A stretch of 64,000 nt of DNA, taken from an uncultured delta proteobacterium (GTDB taxonomy: Bacteria; Desulfobacterota; Binatia; Binatales; Binataceae). Numbering within the stretch: position 1 is the stretch's first letter; each line of letters opens with the position of its first letter. The translations under genes and the position numbers were made by a program. The stretch covers positions 1,248,001 to 1,312,000 of the forward strand of contig CAVQEQ010000001.1 in NCBI GenBank assembly GCA_963711565.1, written 5' to 3'. A model generated the notes under the pieces. It did no database searches, had not been told where the DNA came from, and saw nothing but the letters and a program-made list of their open reading frames with translations. This document shows positions 40,553 through 51,258 of the stretch, piece by piece.

Positions 40553-41266
40553 CTACTTGTTGGCGGACTTGTTCACGCGCGCGTGCACATTGAGCGTGCT
40601 AACCAAACGCTGGCCGGAGGGCGGGGTGCGAACTGCGCCTCCGAAGATAATCTCTTTGGCGGAGACTTTCTTGCCATAGAGGCGTTCGTTGGCGTCATTG
40701 TCCGGGCGGACGGTCGAGCCTTCCAAAGAGATACCGGCGAACAGGCCGCGCGAACGGGAATAGGAAAGAATCTCCGCGCGCATGGTTACGTCAGATTCCG
40801 CGGATGCGCTGCGGCCCTTGGGGCCAGCGGCGACCGACGCGTCACCACCGAGCTTGACCTTGCTGCTGAGAATGCCTTGCGCGCCGCGGTCGTTCATGAC
40901 CAGTAGTACGAAGTCGGTGGCTTGGCCGCCGATTTGGAAGCCGAAACTGCCGCCTTCCAGAGCCATCATCGAAGGAGCGCTCCAGGGGCCTTTGAAGTTG
41001 GTGCCGGTGCGGCAGGTCATTGCGCCGCGGCCATAGCTGCCGCCGACGATAAACGCGGCCTTCAGCACGGAGGGGTACACGATGACGCATTCCGCTTTGC
41101 TGAGCAAATCCTGAGGAATGTCGTCTGGTACGTTCAAAATTTCCTTCATGACGGTGCCGCAGTTGAGCAAGCGGTCGGCATCTTTGGTGGTGTCATCATC
41201 GGCAGCCAAGATCGGCGCCACGCACATGGCAAAAGTCAAACATCCAGCTATCCATCGCTTCATCAA
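40553..41266 (-). CDS. Lipid-binding SYLF (Ysc84) domain protein
   Basis: KAAFIVGGSYGRG, GGSFGFQIGGQATD, LGGDASVAAGP, YSRSRGLFAGISLEG. Confidence 0.92.
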   Translation of the reverse strand: MMKRWIAGCLTFAMCVAPILAADDDTTKDADRLLNCGTVMKEILNVPDDIPQDLLSKAECVIVYPSVLKAAFIVGGSYGRGAMTCRTGTNFKGPWSAPSMMALEGGSFGFQIGGQATDFVLLVMNDRGAQGILSSKVKLGGDASVAAGPKGRSASAESDVTMRAEILSYSRSRGLFAGISLEGSTVRPDNDANERLYGKKVSAKEIIFGGAVRTPPSGQRLVSTLNVHARVNKSANK

Positions 41267-41565
41267 AATCTCCTTTATATTCGACGCCGATATTCAGAGT
41301 CGGCCTCAGTGGGCATATTCCAGGGCGGCGTCCATCATAATGACTTCTGGGGCGGGCTGCAATCGCTGAGGCAACTTTGCACTCGGAACGGCCTAACTAG
41401 CGGGGTGCGGGCCGATGCAATCCAGTATCCGGCTACGAACCTTGAAACCGGACGGTGGAGTCACCCTCGGGCTTATCCATGATGTCCATGACCGATAGTT
41501 GGGCGAACGAACTGGCCATTGCGATGCGACTCGACGCTTGAAAAGAAATACGGATATACTTTCTT

Positions 41566-42516
41566 ATGCGTTTTTTACAACTACGAGTTGACTCTCGAAT
41601 GGCGATAGCGTTTTTCTTTGCGAGCTTCGCGGTGATGCTGGCCGCTGCTGCGCCGGCGGACCAGGACGCGAAATGGTCCAGTGATTTGGCGGCTTGGCGC
41701 GCGCAGCATGCCAGCGAATTGCAGAAACCGGCGGGATGGCTGTCGCTGACGGGACTCGACTGGCTGGAAGTGGGCGACAATACGTTTGGCTCGGCGCCGG
41801 ACAACAAGATCAAGCTGGTGGGTTGCCCCGGGCATTTGGGAATTTTGCACCTCGAAAACAATTCGGTGCAGTTGCTGCCGCCGAAAGGCGGAGATTTTTC
41901 GCCGGATTTTCTGGTTGCGGGAATTCCTGCCAAAAAGCAATTGATTCCAGTGACTCCGGACGACGATAAGAATGCGCCACATTTGACGATTGGCTCGCTG
42001 AACATGTATGTGATTCAGCGCGCGGATCGTTTTGCGCTGCGCGTGAAAGATGCAAAATCGCCGGCACTGACGGGATTTCACGGACTGAAGTGGTACCCCG
42101 GAGATCCGGCGTTTCACGTTATTGCCAAGTGGATTCCCTACTCTCCGGCGAAAACGATTACGCTGGCGACCCTGGCGGGGACCACTTACGACGCGCCGGT
42201 GCCGGGAGTGGCGGAGTTTACCTTGCAGGGAAAAACCTATCGGCTGGAGCCGGTATTGGAAGATCCGAAGGCGACACAATTATTTTTTGTGCTGCGGGAC
42301 CCGACCAGCGCGACTACGACCTATCACGCTTGCCGGTTTCTTTACACGGTGTTGCCGGACCATGGTTTAGACAAGCCGGGGACGTTGTCGCTGGATTTCA
42401 ACCGGCTGGAGAATCCGCCGTGCGCGTATACGCCGTATGCCACCTGCCCGTTGCCGCCGGCCGGTAATCGCTTGCCGGTGGCGCTGCCGGTGGGCGAAAA
42501 GCGCTATCACGAGTAG
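41566..42516 (+). CDS. DUF1684 domain protein
   Basis: GWLSLTGLDWL, LFFVLRDPTS..TTY..RFL, LDFNRLENPPCAYTPYATCPLPP..NRL. Confidence 0.9.
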   Translation: MRFLQLRVDSRMAIAFFFASFAVMLAAAAPADQDAKWSSDLAAWRAQHASELQKPAGWLSLTGLDWLEVGDNTFGSAPDNKIKLVGCPGHLGILHLENNSVQLLPPKGGDFSPDFLVAGIPAKKQLIPVTPDDDKNAPHLTIGSLNMYVIQRADRFALRVKDAKSPALTGFHGLKWYPGDPAFHVIAKWIPYSPAKTITLATLAGTTYDAPVPGVAEFTLQGKTYRLEPVLEDPKATQLFFVLRDPTSATTTYHACRFLYTVLPDHGLDKPGTLSLDFNRLENPPCAYTPYATCPLPPAGNRLPVALPVGEKRYHE

Positions 42517-42584
42517 AAGAACGTTTCTGACGAATGTTACGATTTTGAGGATCGAATTCGAGAATTGCGAGCCAACTGCTATCA

Positions 42585-43049
42585 ATGCCCACTGATAACA
42601 ATACACCCCGTCCGGATGCCAACGCCGATGCCAACGAAGGCGCCTCGCCACAGCGCGAAAAATTGACGCTGCTGCGGCATGCGCTGCTGCGCATCCACAA
42701 AACGCTCCTGAATATGGAGCGCCAGGATTATGAACGGGATCACGGCGCGGTGAATACCGGCGAGCTGTTCCGGCTGGTGATCGATGATCCGCAGTTTGCC
42801 TGGCTGCACAACATTTCGGAATTTGTGGTGCGCATTGACGAGACTCTGGCGGGCAAAGAGCCGGTGACCGTGGAATATATGCGCGAATCTTTCGTGCTGG
42901 CGCGAAAAATGTTTACGCCCACGGAAGCGGGCGATGCGTTTCAGAAAAAATATTTTGATGCGATTCAGCGGGACCCGGCGGTAGTGATGGATCACGCGGA
43001 GCTGGCGCGACTGTTTAACACCGAACCGATGGACTCAAGCGCGGCATAG
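42585..43049 (+). CDS. Conserved hypothetical protein
   Basis: 154 aa, helical; LLRIHKTLL..ERQDYE...DPQFAWL motif. Confidence 0.7.
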   Translation: MPTDNNTPRPDANADANEGASPQREKLTLLRHALLRIHKTLLNMERQDYERDHGAVNTGELFRLVIDDPQFAWLHNISEFVVRIDETLAGKEPVTVEYMRESFVLARKMFTPTEAGDAFQKKYFDAIQRDPAVVMDHAELARLFNTEPMDSSAA

Positions 43050-43069
43050 ATTTTCTGGAACTTACTCGC

Positions 43070-43369
43070 TTGCTCAATCTAGACAATTTCCCGGTTACGC
43101 ACGATGAGGATGGCCAGCAGTTTTTGCTGACGATCGACAAGCAGGTGGCGCTGCTCGCGTACAGCCGGAGGCCCGGAATCCTTTCGCTGGATCACACTAG
43201 AGTTCCGCCCGCGATCCAAAGTCAGGGTGTGGCTGCGAAGTTGACGCGCGCGGCGCTGGATTTTGCGCGCGCGGAGAATTTGCGGGTGGTTCCGGCTTGT
43301 TCGTATGCGGCGGCGTTTCTTCGGAAGCATACGGAGTATGCGGATTTGGTGGCGTCGCCGAAGAGTTAG
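43070..43369 (+). CDS. GNAT acetyltransferase (YjdJ-like)
   Basis: LDHTRVPPAIQSQGVAAKL...ARAENLRVVPACSY. Confidence 0.85.
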   Translation: MLNLDNFPVTHDEDGQQFLLTIDKQVALLAYSRRPGILSLDHTRVPPAIQSQGVAAKLTRAALDFARAENLRVVPACSYAAAFLRKHTEYADLVASPKS

Positions 43370-43442
43370 TTTTTGCTCATTTCCTATTTCTCGCGGCTTT
43401 AATTTTCAGAAAATACCGTTGAGTCGGAATGCTTGCCGAGAT

Positions 43443-43467
43443 GGGGCGCAGCATGCTGCGCCCCTAC
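43443..43467. repeat. GTAG-type REP-like palindrome
   Basis: GGGGCGCAGC-AT-GCTGCGCCCC-TAC; related copy at 58711. Confidence 0.7.
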
Positions 43468-43501
43468 AAAGGCGTTGCTTGATCGACGATGGATCGATTT
43501 C

Positions 43502-44222
43502 ATGGCTGTTACTTCAAAACTTAAGATTCGGCGGTTGCGGCGGGCGGAGTTGCCGCACGATACGGTGGACCTGGCACGATATTTAATCGGGAAAGTTGTA
43601 GTGCAGGAGCTGGCGTGCGGGCGATTGAGCGGGCGAATTGTGGAGACGGAGGCCTACCCGCCGGGCGATCCTGCGGGGCATCATTTCCGGGGACCTACGC
43701 CGCGGATTCGCTCGATGTATCTGCATCCCGGGCACGCTTATATATATTTTAATTATGGCGTGCACTTCATGTTGAATGTGGCCAGCGAACCGCACGGCCA
43801 AGCCGGAGGGATATTGATTCGGGCGCTGGAGCCGCTGGAGGGCGTGGAGTGGATGCAGAAGCATCGCGCAGGATCTCGCGGCCGACGACCTCAGACTGGT
43901 AGACCTGACGCGGGGGCCCGGACGATTGGCGGCGGCTTTGCAGATTGACCGCCGGCACGATGGAGTGGATTTATGCAGCGCAAAGAGTTCGTTGTGGCTC
44001 GGCGAACTGGTGGGGGATGCTACCGCGCAGGATGCTGGAACGGTGCGGAAGGACGTCGTGTCCAAGACCGTGCGTATCGGGATCACGCAGGCCGCAGACA
44101 AATTGTTGAGGTTTTATGAACGGGGGAATCCGTTTGTGAGCGGCCCGAAGCGACTACTGGCACTGAACAAAAAGAAACTCCCGGCAAACCGGAAGAAAAA
44201 TACTCGCCGCGAATCCAAGTAA
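43502..44222 (+). CDS. mpg: DNA-3-methyladenine glycosylase (MPG), frameshift near 43890
   Basis: GRIVETEAY, GHAYIYFNYGVHFMLNV, ILIRALEP, RIGIT...RFY. Confidence 0.9.
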
Positions 44223-44224
44223 AG

Positions 44225-44998
44225 CTATTTGTAGGTGGTTACCACTTCCCCGTTTTCAATTTTCAGGTTGGTGACGTCCGCCGGAAGGCGAAGCTTTTCG
44301 CGATTTTCCGGAGAATCCATCAGGCGCTGCACGGCGTTCTGCAGCGCGGAGAGTGGCAAGGGCAGCGCGCCAATCTGTCCGCTGAGCGGCTCGAAGCGGA
44401 TGTAGCCATTCTCGGAACCCAGCTTGCCTTCGAGTTGCAGCGTCATATCTTTGCCATGGACGTCGAAGACAACGTAGGCGATAACGCGGTCGCCGACCAA
44501 TTGGACTTTTACGTCTTTCACGTTGGAGCGCATCTGGTCGATGTCTTCGGCGGACGGCATCGAGGGATTGCTGAGAGTGTTGTCAGGTGCCGGGGTGCTG
44601 GCAGGGATAGCCGGCGCATCGCTGGAAGCACTCCCTGAGTTTCCGGGACTTGGATTTGCCGGCGGGGCGGCTGCGTATTGCAGGCGGGCGCTGCCGGGAA
44701 GTTCAAGGTGCGAGGCCAGGTAGGAGTTTAGCTCGGTCTGGTCCATGTGCATCGCGGCGGGCTGGCCGTTGGCTACGGCTTGTTCGACTTGCTGAAATTT
44801 TTCGTCGACGCGGGCAGCGGCTTGGGCGGTGACCTGAATATCCGGCGGCGGAGATTTGTGGAGCAGTAGAACCAGAGTGATTGCAGCGGCGGCGTAAGTG
44901 CTCCAGCGGAACAGGCGGAAGGCCAGCTGCCAGGTGTTGCGAGGGGACGCGGCGTGGAGCGAGGAGCGCTCGTCGCTAGAAGGCAAATTGTTATTCAT
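44225..44998 (-). CDS. Membrane-anchored hypothetical protein
   Basis: N-terminal TM, Pro/Ser-rich insert, ELNSYLA motif; GGAG upstream of ATG 44998. Confidence 0.7.
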   Translation of the reverse strand: MNNNLPSSDERSSLHAASPRNTWQLAFRLFRWSTYAAAAITLVLLLHKSPPPDIQVTAQAAARVDEKFQQVEQAVANGQPAAMHMDQTELNSYLASHLELPGSARLQYAAAPPANPSPGNSGSASSDAPAIPASTPAPDNTLSNPSMPSAEDIDQMRSNVKDVKVQLVGDRVIAYVVFDVHGKDMTLQLEGKLGSENGYIRFEPLSGQIGALPLPLSALQNAVQRLMDSPENREKLRLPADVTNLKIENGEVVTTYK

Positions 44999-45186
44999 AC
45001 CAGGTTCTCCCGCAGCGCCCGTACAGCGGCCCAAAAGCAAAAGACCGCGAATATGTCGCTATATGTAACGTAGGCGCGAGGACCGCAAGGTACAAGGGAA
45101 CGGAAGTACTGGCGGCGAGATGGATACCTGTCCGGAAGTACTTGGGAGCGTGTGCGATACTGCTTTTCACAATTTTCTGCACGTAA

Positions 45187-46143
45187 ATGAGCCGCACTGC
45201 GCTAATGACCAAGCCGAAAGACGCGCCGCACAACGTGAATGACGAGAGCCGAGTATGGCCGTACCTGGCGCTCGCGGCGGGAATTGCGTGCATTGGATGG
45301 TCGGCTATTTTTGTGCGCTGGACGGATATGCCGGGGCCGGCTTCGGCGTTTTACCGGATGCTGATTCCCGTGGTGGTGCTGGCGCCTACGTGGTTTGTGG
45401 GGCGCGGAGCTACCCGATTGGACCGGCGCGCGTTCCTGATCATCGCCCTGGGCGGGCTTTTCTTCTCGCTGGATCTGGCCTTCTACAACACCGCTATTTT
45501 GCGAACGACGGCGGCCAACGCCACGCTGTTCGGCAATTATTCTCCAGTGGTCGTGGGTTTGCTTACCTGGCTGATTTTCGGCCGCAGACCCAGAATAACT
45601 TTCTGGCTCGGTTTGCTGCTGGCCCTGGTTGGTACAGGCGCGATCGTTTGGACTGATTTGCGCGCGCATGTCGGCTTTGGCGCTGGGGATGTGATGGCGT
45701 TAGCGGCTGCCGCGTTTTTCGCCGTGTATTTGATGGTGACCGAGCAAGTGCGCTCGACCATCAGCACTCTGGTTTTTCTGCGACTGGCCATGCTCACCAG
45801 CGCCGTGTTTCTGTTGCTGATGAATTTGGGCATGGGCGTTTCGCTGCGCATTCCCCCAGGACACTCCTTGCCGGCGTTGCTGGCGCTGGGGTTAATTACG
45901 CAGCTCGGCGGTTACATGGCGCTGACGTATGCCATGGGACATTTGCCGGCGACGGTAACCTCAGTGAGCTTGCTGTTGCAGATACCGTTGACGGCGGTGC
46001 TGGCGACGCTTTTGCTCGGAGAGAAATTAAACGCGGCGCAGATCCTGGGCGGTGTGCTGGTGCTTGCGGGAGTGGGACTGGCCAACTGGCGAAGCGCTCC
46101 GGAACAAGAGGCGAACACTTTGCTGGCCGGAAGTGATGCGTGA
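45187..46143 (+). CDS. DMT/EamA family transporter
   Basis: About 10 TM helices, two EamA repeats, LLGEKL...GGVLVLAGV. Confidence 0.9.
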   Translation: MSRTALMTKPKDAPHNVNDESRVWPYLALAAGIACIGWSAIFVRWTDMPGPASAFYRMLIPVVVLAPTWFVGRGATRLDRRAFLIIALGGLFFSLDLAFYNTAILRTTAANATLFGNYSPVVVGLLTWLIFGRRPRITFWLGLLLALVGTGAIVWTDLRAHVGFGAGDVMALAAAAFFAVYLMVTEQVRSTISTLVFLRLAMLTSAVFLLLMNLGMGVSLRIPPGHSLPALLALGLITQLGGYMALTYAMGHLPATVTSVSLLLQIPLTAVLATLLLGEKLNAAQILGGVLVLAGVGLANWRSAPEQEANTLLAGSDA

Positions 46144-46168
46144 ACTACTCGCTGTCGAGGAAAACCGT

Positions 46169-46531
46169 TTAATTCGTGACGGGGGACTTGGCGGGGGCGT
46201 CCGCTAGCGCGAGAATTTCCACGTTGTTGCCGTTGGGATCCTGAATGTAGACCGAGGACGTGCCGTCGCGGTGTTTTTTTGGCAAGCCGTATACGCTGGG
46301 ATCGCCGAGAACCGCGAAATGATCCGGATGCTGCGACGGCAGCACAAAAGCCAGCCGAATATTGGCGAATTCCACCAGCGCCCAAGTGTCGTCCTGATAG
46401 GCCACCTTGCATTGAAAATGCTGCTGGTACCACTTCACCGTCTCCGAAATATTGGCCACGGAAACCGCTACATGGTCCATGGTGTCCAGCGAACCGCTGT
46501 TGAGTGATTTATTTTCCAAGGAACCCGGCAT
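46169..46531 (-). CDS. VOC/glyoxalase family protein
   Basis: DHVAVSVANISETVKWY...HFAV...YIQDPNGNNVEI. Confidence 0.85.
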   Translation of the reverse strand: MPGSLENKSLNSGSLDTMDHVAVSVANISETVKWYQQHFQCKVAYQDDTWALVEFANIRLAFVLPSQHPDHFAVLGDPSVYGLPKKHRDGTSSVYIQDPNGNNVEILALADAPAKSPVTN

Positions 46532-46849
46532 ATACCGCCTCCCACGCTGCACGCGCAGAAACCCTGAGTAAGAGTACTCGTTTTGTGGCCGCGCTGGCTA
46601 CGCAGCTGCATACGCTTTTTCACCGCGCTCAAATGTGGAGCCGAGGAATTCACCTTCGTAAATGGCGGCACATTGCGTGTCCGAAATACCCGGGGCCGTT
46701 GCGAATGGCGCCAAACGATTCGCAGCGGGAGACTTGCCGTCCGACAACCGCTAAGGGAAACTCATAACGTCTTCGAGGGACAAAAGCCGCCCGACTTTTG
46801 TCCATGATGCGCTGCTTCAAATACGTAGTTTTCACCAAGAGGAACTCCC

Positions 46850-49123
46850 ATGCGACGATTTTTGAGCATTTTCACCGCGTTACTTTGGCCTTTTCTGGCG
46901 GGCGCGCAACAGCCGGCTGGGCCGATCAACACTCCGCTGCCCGCCGAAAGATCGTCCCCGTCAGGCGCCGCGGGTGCCGCAACTTCTGTGGCAGCGAGCA
47001 CTGCGCCAAATTCACGATTGCGGATTGGGATTGCGCTGGAAGGCGGCGGAGCCCTGGGGTTGGCGCACATCGGCGTATTGCAGTGGTTTGATGAGCACCA
47101 CATCCCCATCGATTACGTGGCCGGCACCAGCATGGGCGGATTGGTCGGGGGCTTTTATGCCACGGGAATGGATCCCGCGGAGCTGCGGGCGTTGATTCAG
47201 AGCATCGACTGGAACCAGGTGTTGAGTGGGCGGACGCCGTACGAAGACCTGTCCTTTCGCAGAAAAGAAGATCAGCGCGCGTACCCTAACGCGTTGATCC
47301 TGGGCTTGCGTAAGGGCTTGAAGCTGCCGGGCGGACTAAATTCCGGACACCAGATCAGCCTGTTGATTGACAAGGTGACGCTGCCCTATTACGAAGACAA
47401 ATCGTTCAACGATTTGCCGACGCCGTTTCGCTGCGTGGCTACGGATCTAGTAAGCGGTAAGCAGGTGGTCTTCAGCGGAGGGCGGCTCAGCGAAGCGCTG
47501 CGCGCGTCCATGTCGATTCCCGCGGTGTTTACCCCGGTGTATCGGAAAGATCAGGTTCTGGTGGACGGCGGGCTGGTCAATAATCTGCCGTCAGACGTCG
47601 CCAGGCAAATGGGCGCGGATATCGTCATCGCCGTGCACCTGGACACGCAGGCGGTGGACGCTAACGACATTCAGTCCTTGTTTAGCGTGCTCCAGCAGTC
47701 GGTGCGCGTAGTAGTGGCGCAGAGCGAAGTACGCGGCATGGCCCAGGCGGACATGGTGGTGTCGGTACCGCTGAGCGAGTTTGGCTCGTCCGATTACGAA
47801 AAAGATGTCGCGATTATGGCCAAGGGCTATCAAGCCGCGACAGATAAATCGCGCTTGCTTGAGAAATTCGCATTGAACGATGAGCAGTGGCAGGAATACG
47901 TCCGCGAACGCAACTCCCGCAAACGCACGGTGGATCCCGTTCCGCAATTCATTCAGGTGCGCGGAACCACGACCATACAGCATACGGACGATATCGAACG
48001 TTTTCTTGCGCCATTTGCGGGGAAAACTCTGGACACCGAGGCGCTGGATCGGGCCCTGACTCGACTCACCGGCGTAGGCCGTTACGACACGGTGGGTTAT
48101 CAGATCATCGAGAAGGATGGCAAACAAGGATTGCGCATCGAGGTCAACGAAAAAAATTACGCGCCGCCAACGCTTCAGCCAGCATTTGAGGTCAATGGAG
48201 CGGAAACCGGGGATGTGGGTTTCACCATGGCGTCGCGACTGACGTTCCTGGATGTTGCGGGATTCCGCTCGGAGTGGCGGACGGATTTCTCGTTCGGGCA
48301 GACCTATGGAATCGCCAGCGAGTTGTACCGGCCGTTCACTCCGGTGAGCAAGTGGTTCTTTGCGCCGCGGGCCGACGCGGTCGACCAGAATTTTAATATT
48401 TACTACAAGACTAATCCCATAGCGGACTACCGGCTGGTTCATGCGGCTATTGGAGGCGACTTCGGCTACGGCTTCAGCCGCTTCAGCGAGCTACGCGCCG
48501 GTTACGAAGTGGGATATCTCAGCGCCGACTTGCGATTGGGTAGCCCCGAGTTCCAATCGGTCAGCGGACGAACGGGAGATTTGCGGGTGCACTATTTAAT
48601 GGATCACACGGATGATCCGATAGTTCCCCGCAGCGGATTTCGTACTGAAAGTACTTTCCGCTGGTTTGATACCAGCCCCGGCGCGCCCAGTGCATTTCCC
48701 TCGCTGATCACGCAGCTCGAATATTTTCGACCGGTGTCCGAACTTGGATCTGTTTTTGTCCAAGCTAGCGGGGGTTCTACTTTTGGCTCAACGAATACGG
48801 GGATTCCGCAATTCTTCCTGGGAGGACCCTCCACGCTGGGCGCATACGGTTTGAACGAGTTGCGCGGCGATCAATTCTACTTGTTCCGCGCCGGCTATCT
48901 GCATGACATTTTCACGCTACCGACTTTTGTGGGCACCAAGGTCTATGCCATCGGCGCTTACGAATTCGCAAAAATGTATGGCGTCACGAATGAAAGTGGC
49001 TTCCCGAACGATTTCTCTGCCGGCGTGTTGGCGGAAACCTCGCTGGGGCCATTGTTCATCGGTGGCGCGGTGGGCGACACCGGTCATCACAAGTGGTTCT
49101 TTCAACTGGGGCGTGTTTTCTAG
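46850..49123 (+). CDS. Patatin-like phospholipase fused to POTRA/Omp85 barrel (PlpD-like)
   Basis: Signal peptide, GGGALGLAHIG, GTSMG, DGG motifs; C-terminal beta-barrel ending FFQLGRVF. Confidence 0.88.
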   Translation: MRRFLSIFTALLWPFLAGAQQPAGPINTPLPAERSSPSGAAGAATSVAASTAPNSRLRIGIALEGGGALGLAHIGVLQWFDEHHIPIDYVAGTSMGGLVGGFYATGMDPAELRALIQSIDWNQVLSGRTPYEDLSFRRKEDQRAYPNALILGLRKGLKLPGGLNSGHQISLLIDKVTLPYYEDKSFNDLPTPFRCVATDLVSGKQVVFSGGRLSEALRASMSIPAVFTPVYRKDQVLVDGGLVNNLPSDVARQMGADIVIAVHLDTQAVDANDIQSLFSVLQQSVRVVVAQSEVRGMAQADMVVSVPLSEFGSSDYEKDVAIMAKGYQAATDKSRLLEKFALNDEQWQEYVRERNSRKRTVDPVPQFIQVRGTTTIQHTDDIERFLAPFAGKTLDTEALDRALTRLTGVGRYDTVGYQIIEKDGKQGLRIEVNEKNYAPPTLQPAFEVNGAETGDVGFTMASRLTFLDVAGFRSEWRTDFSFGQTYGIASELYRPFTPVSKWFFAPRADAVDQNFNIYYKTNPIADYRLVHAAIGGDFGYGFSRFSELRAGYEVGYLSADLRLGSPEFQSVSGRTGDLRVHYLMDHTDDPIVPRSGFRTESTFRWFDTSPGAPSAFPSLITQLEYFRPVSELGSVFVQASGGSTFGSTNTGIPQFFLGGPSTLGAYGLNELRGDQFYLFRAGYLHDIFTLPTFVGTKVYAIGAYEFAKMYGVTNESGFPNDFSAGVLAETSLGPLFIGGAVGDTGHHKWFFQLGRVF

Positions 49124-49334
49124 CTTTGGGATGGCTTGCGGCCAGATTCCAGGCCACGCTCCTGTCGCGTAATTTGCAGCATTCAAGCAACATAGCCGGA
49201 TTTCCACAGACCGCGCCGAGCTGTGAACTTCCATCCACGCGTTATTCATACCGCTGTAACACAGCTCGCGCTATAACTCTCCCGCCAAAGACCAATCGCG
49301 CTATTCGGCAAATATTACAGAGGACTGGAGTGTC

Positions 49335-50960
49335 ATGGCCACAGCCACATCAGCGGTCGCACCAACGACTGCACCCGCCGCGCCGCACGCGTTACACGAG
49401 AAAATGGCCAAGGGCCCCGGCGCCATCGGAATGCTGATATTCGGCGTGGTGCTGATCGCCGGGATCATTTATATCGGCGTCAGCTTGTCGCACGATTTGA
49501 TTGCGTTGCAAGGCGGCTCGGTACTGCCGTATGTGTTGCTGGGCGTAGCGCTTTTCGTGGCGCTGGCTTTCGAGTTTGTGAACGGCTTCCATGACACGGC
49601 TAACGCGGTGGCTACGGTGATTTACACGCATTCGCTGGATCCGCAAATCGCGGTGACCTGGTCGGGATTCTGCAATTTTGTGGGCGTGGTGCTGTCGTCC
49701 GGCGCGGTGGCCTTCGGGATCGTGTCGCTGCTGCCGGTGGAGCTGATTCTGCAAGTGGGGAGCGGCGCGGGTTTCGCGATGGTCTTTGCACTGCTGGTCG
49801 CCGCGATCATCTGGAATCTGGGCACCTGGTGGTTCGGACTTCCCGCATCGAGTTCTCACACTTTGATTGGCTCGATCATCGGTGTAGGCATAGCTAATCA
49901 GCTGATGCAATCGCGCAGTGGAACCAGCGGCGTGGACTGGGCGCAGGCCGCCAACATCGGCAAATCGCTGGTGCTTTCGCCGATCGTGGGATTTTTTCTG
50001 GCGGGGCTGTTGCTGCTGGTCATGAAAGCCATTATCAAAGATAAGCGCTTGTATGAAGCCCCGAAAGGTAACGAACCACCGCCCTGGTGGATTCGCGGGC
50101 TGCTGATTCTCACCTGCACGGGCGTTAGCTTTTTTCACGGATCGAACGACGGGCAAAAAGGCATGGGCCTGATTATGCTCATCCTGATCGGCACCGTTCC
50201 TACGACCTACGCGTTGAATCATGCAGTGACCGCGCAACAATCCCAAGACTTCGTGGCGGTTTCCCAGCAGACCGCCAACACTTTGGATAAATATGTGCAA
50301 ACTGGCGCAGTGGTTGGCGATCCTCGTGAAGATGTGACCGATTTCATTCGCACCAAAGAATTCAAGCCAGCCACCATGCTGGCTTTGCGCGAGATGGTCA
50401 ACCAGGTCGGTACCGAAATGGCCATCTTTAAAGAGCTGTCTAAGGTTCCTAACAATGAAGTGCGCAACTATCGCAACGACATGTATCTGGTCGGCGAAGC
50501 GATTCGCCTGATGCTCAAGTCCAATGTGGCCAAAATTTCCGCGGCGGATGCGGCGGTCCTTGCCAACTATAAATCGCGCCACATTGACACGGCCACCCGT
50601 TTTATTCCCATGTGGGTGAAGGTTGCGGTGGCGCTGGCGCTGGGCCTGGGCACCATGGTCGGTTGGAAGCGCATTGTCGTTACCGTGGGCGAAAAAATCG
50701 GGAAGAACCATTTGACCTACGCGCAAGGGGCGGCTGCGGAAATCACCGCCATGTTTACCATCGGCGCTGCCGATACCTTCGGATTACCGGTGAGTACCAC
50801 TCACGTGTTGTCGTCCGGCGTGGCTGGGACCATGGCGGCTAACCGTTCAGGAATCCAGATGTCCACAGTGCGCAACCTGGCGCTGGCTTGGGTGCTTACT
50901 TTGCCGGTCGCCATGATGCTTTCGGGATTTTTGTTCTGGACCTTCCGCAAGATTTTCTAA
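49335..50960 (+). CDS. pit: Inorganic phosphate transporter (PiT family)
   Basis: NGFHDTANAVAT, GLPASSSH, HGSNDGQKGMG, GLPVSTTH. Confidence 0.93.
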   Translation: MATATSAVAPTTAPAAPHALHEKMAKGPGAIGMLIFGVVLIAGIIYIGVSLSHDLIALQGGSVLPYVLLGVALFVALAFEFVNGFHDTANAVATVIYTHSLDPQIAVTWSGFCNFVGVVLSSGAVAFGIVSLLPVELILQVGSGAGFAMVFALLVAAIIWNLGTWWFGLPASSSHTLIGSIIGVGIANQLMQSRSGTSGVDWAQAANIGKSLVLSPIVGFFLAGLLLLVMKAIIKDKRLYEAPKGNEPPPWWIRGLLILTCTGVSFFHGSNDGQKGMGLIMLILIGTVPTTYALNHAVTAQQSQDFVAVSQQTANTLDKYVQTGAVVGDPREDVTDFIRTKEFKPATMLALREMVNQVGTEMAIFKELSKVPNNEVRNYRNDMYLVGEAIRLMLKSNVAKISAADAAVLANYKSRHIDTATRFIPMWVKVAVALALGLGTMVGWKRIVVTVGEKIGKNHLTYAQGAAAEITAMFTIGAADTFGLPVSTTHVLSSGVAGTMAANRSGIQMSTVRNLALAWVLTLPVAMMLSGFLFWTFRKIF

Positions 50961-51092
50961 AAGGTTCGGCGAGGAATCTGACAGACAGGGGCACGGAGTC
51001 ACCGCGCCCTCTTTTATTGCGCCAAGTGAATTCCCTTGCAATGAGAAGAAGGCCAAACCACCTGATTCGGCAGGTGGCAATAATCCTGTGGC

Positions 51093-51140
51093 GAATACAA
51101 AGCGAAAACATGTTGACTTTCGCCTTTTGTTCTCTATAAT
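51093..51140 (+). promoter_or_regulatory. Sigma70-type promoter overlapped by two putative LexA boxes
   Basis: TTGACT (51113) - 16 bp - TATAAT (51135). TTTC-N7-GTTC at 51118-51132 and inverted GAAT-N7-GAAA at 51093-51107 resemble the GTTC-N7-GTTC box. Confidence 0.6.
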
Positions 51141-51258
51141 GGCCCACGGTAGAGGAAACGGGAAACGGGCGCTGCACCTGCTCCATTGCCGATTCTGGCT
51201 CTCACGAACTGGCGTAGCGTCCGTTATTACCGTCCCCCAGCCTCTGCAAGGAGCGGTC

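Noticed and set aside
40500-40560. Direct repeat GTTTTACA...GGCGAACTACTTG at the SYLF gene 3' end as an att site
   Set aside because: A local ~33-bp tandem duplication with no integrase or tRNA nearby.
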